A DNA stretch of 64,000 bases, filler included, from Sphacelaria rigidula (lineage: Eukaryota): NCBI GenBank assembly GCA_964200075.2. It is 4 parts of 4 records of this genome, joined end to end, with 100 filler letters (N's around TTAATTAATTAA, not from the genome) between each part and the next. Parts side by side here need not be neighbours in the genome. Positions count along the whole stretch, not along the records: positions 48,219 to 64,000 come from CAXNAA020001595.1; 3 more parts are not named here. The stretch is one strand, 5' to 3'. Positions within the stretch are counted from its first letter, which is position 1. Every line of letters begins with the position of its first letter. The notes under the pieces were generated by a model. That model was given only the letters and a program-made list of their open reading frames with translations. It was not told the DNA's origin and made no database searches. This document shows, one piece after another, positions 62,931-64,000 of the stretch. A program made the position numbers and the translations under genes.

Positions 62931-64000
62931 GAAGCGATTCCATTCAAGCTATGGTTCGCGGCTGAACTCCTCGCATATAGAGAAAGGTGTGCCCTCATGT
63001 ATTCGGCACCAAATCGCAGCTGCTTCGGGCTATATGGAGGTTATTTTGCCCTTCGTGGCGCAGAAAACGACTGCTGCTTTCCTAATTTAATTCGACGCGA
63101 CGGATTCCAATCTCTGGCAGTCGGATGTTTGAACGTAGCACACCACTACCCTGTATGCACCTTCGTGTGTACTGTAGTACTGCGCCGTTTTCCCTTCATC
63201 TTACTCTACGTCTCCTGTATCATCCCCGAGAGCACATGGCCGAGGGTACACTATCTACGATAACCCCCCCCCCAAAACCAGCCCCAAATTGTCACGATAA
63301 CAAATGGTCATACAGCGCCTGATGTTTAGGTTCGTTCAGGCTGCATGAAGTGCCTCATATGAGCGACGTTGGCGAAAACGAACCCAAGCGTGGGAATTCC
63401 CAGCTGCTCGTTGTGCTCGGCTTCTTCTATTCCGATTTACGTGTAGATTTTGCCTCCCCAAAACCAGCCACTTTTGGGGGGGGGCGGCTATCGCAAAAAG
63501 TGTCAGGGTTGCTCGGTGCGCTCAGATATAGATGTGCGTATATATTGTGCTGGTGCTGGTGACGTGTTGATGATGCGAAAATTACCATGTGTCGTGTTAA
63601 TAATACACAACTCTTTGACCGCCACGATACATGGATCATCTCTTGAATCGTCAATGGTCCAGATGACTTATCTTGGCAGTCAAAATATAGATCATCTGTT
63701 GAATCGTCAATGAATGGTCCAGATGACCTACTTTGGCGGTCAAAGGATAAATCCATACACCGCGAGGGTAGGCCATCTTTTGGATCGGCATCATTTACAC
63801 CTGAAAAATAATATCAACGGCGTCGATTCAACAGATTGCCCACGCTCAGGGTCAAAGGATTCACCGTTTGACTGCGAAAATCGTCCATCTGGATCATGCA
63901 CACTTATTTTAGGTGGAGTTGGTGTAGTTTCCAAGGGTCGGACAAATAATGATTCGTCTGAAAATTACTTGGTTTTAGTATCATGAGTCGACTCATGACG

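Noticed and set aside
1-64000. A giant element bounded by the inverted repeats at the two window ends
   Set aside because: The two ends lie on different contigs joined by artificial spacers, and the interior is ordinary host genes.

Overview
Eukaryotic, intron-rich nuclear DNA, most likely a photosynthetic flagellated stramenopile such as a brown alga (inferred from an ASAFAP-type plastid targeting signal, an IFT gene and long MITE-filled introns). The window is not contiguous: it is four ~16-kb contigs joined by N44-TTAATTAATTAA-N44 spacers (1-15982, 16083-32052, 32153-48118, 48219-64000). Contig 1 holds a complete 8-exon plastid ascorbate peroxidase (-). Contig 2 holds a decayed Ty3/Gypsy RT relic and a partial IFT54/TRAF3IP1 gene (+) with two tandem CH-like domains. 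Contig 3 holds the 5' part of a glutamate dehydrogenase (-), a complete 9-exon PWI-domain SRRM1-like gene (+) and the 3' part of an organellar Phe-tRNA ligase (-); 3-4 of its 12 modelled intron donors appear to be GC. Contig 4 is a retroelement cluster built from a ~3-kb TGTAGA...TCTACA module with homologous inverted ends. Two divergent gag homologues read outward from opposite ends of that module, each starting behind the same 12-bp palindrome ATGAACGTTCAT placed exactly at the terminus. This last architecture is the most unusual signal. All gene models are hand-built from sequence, without transcript or database support.
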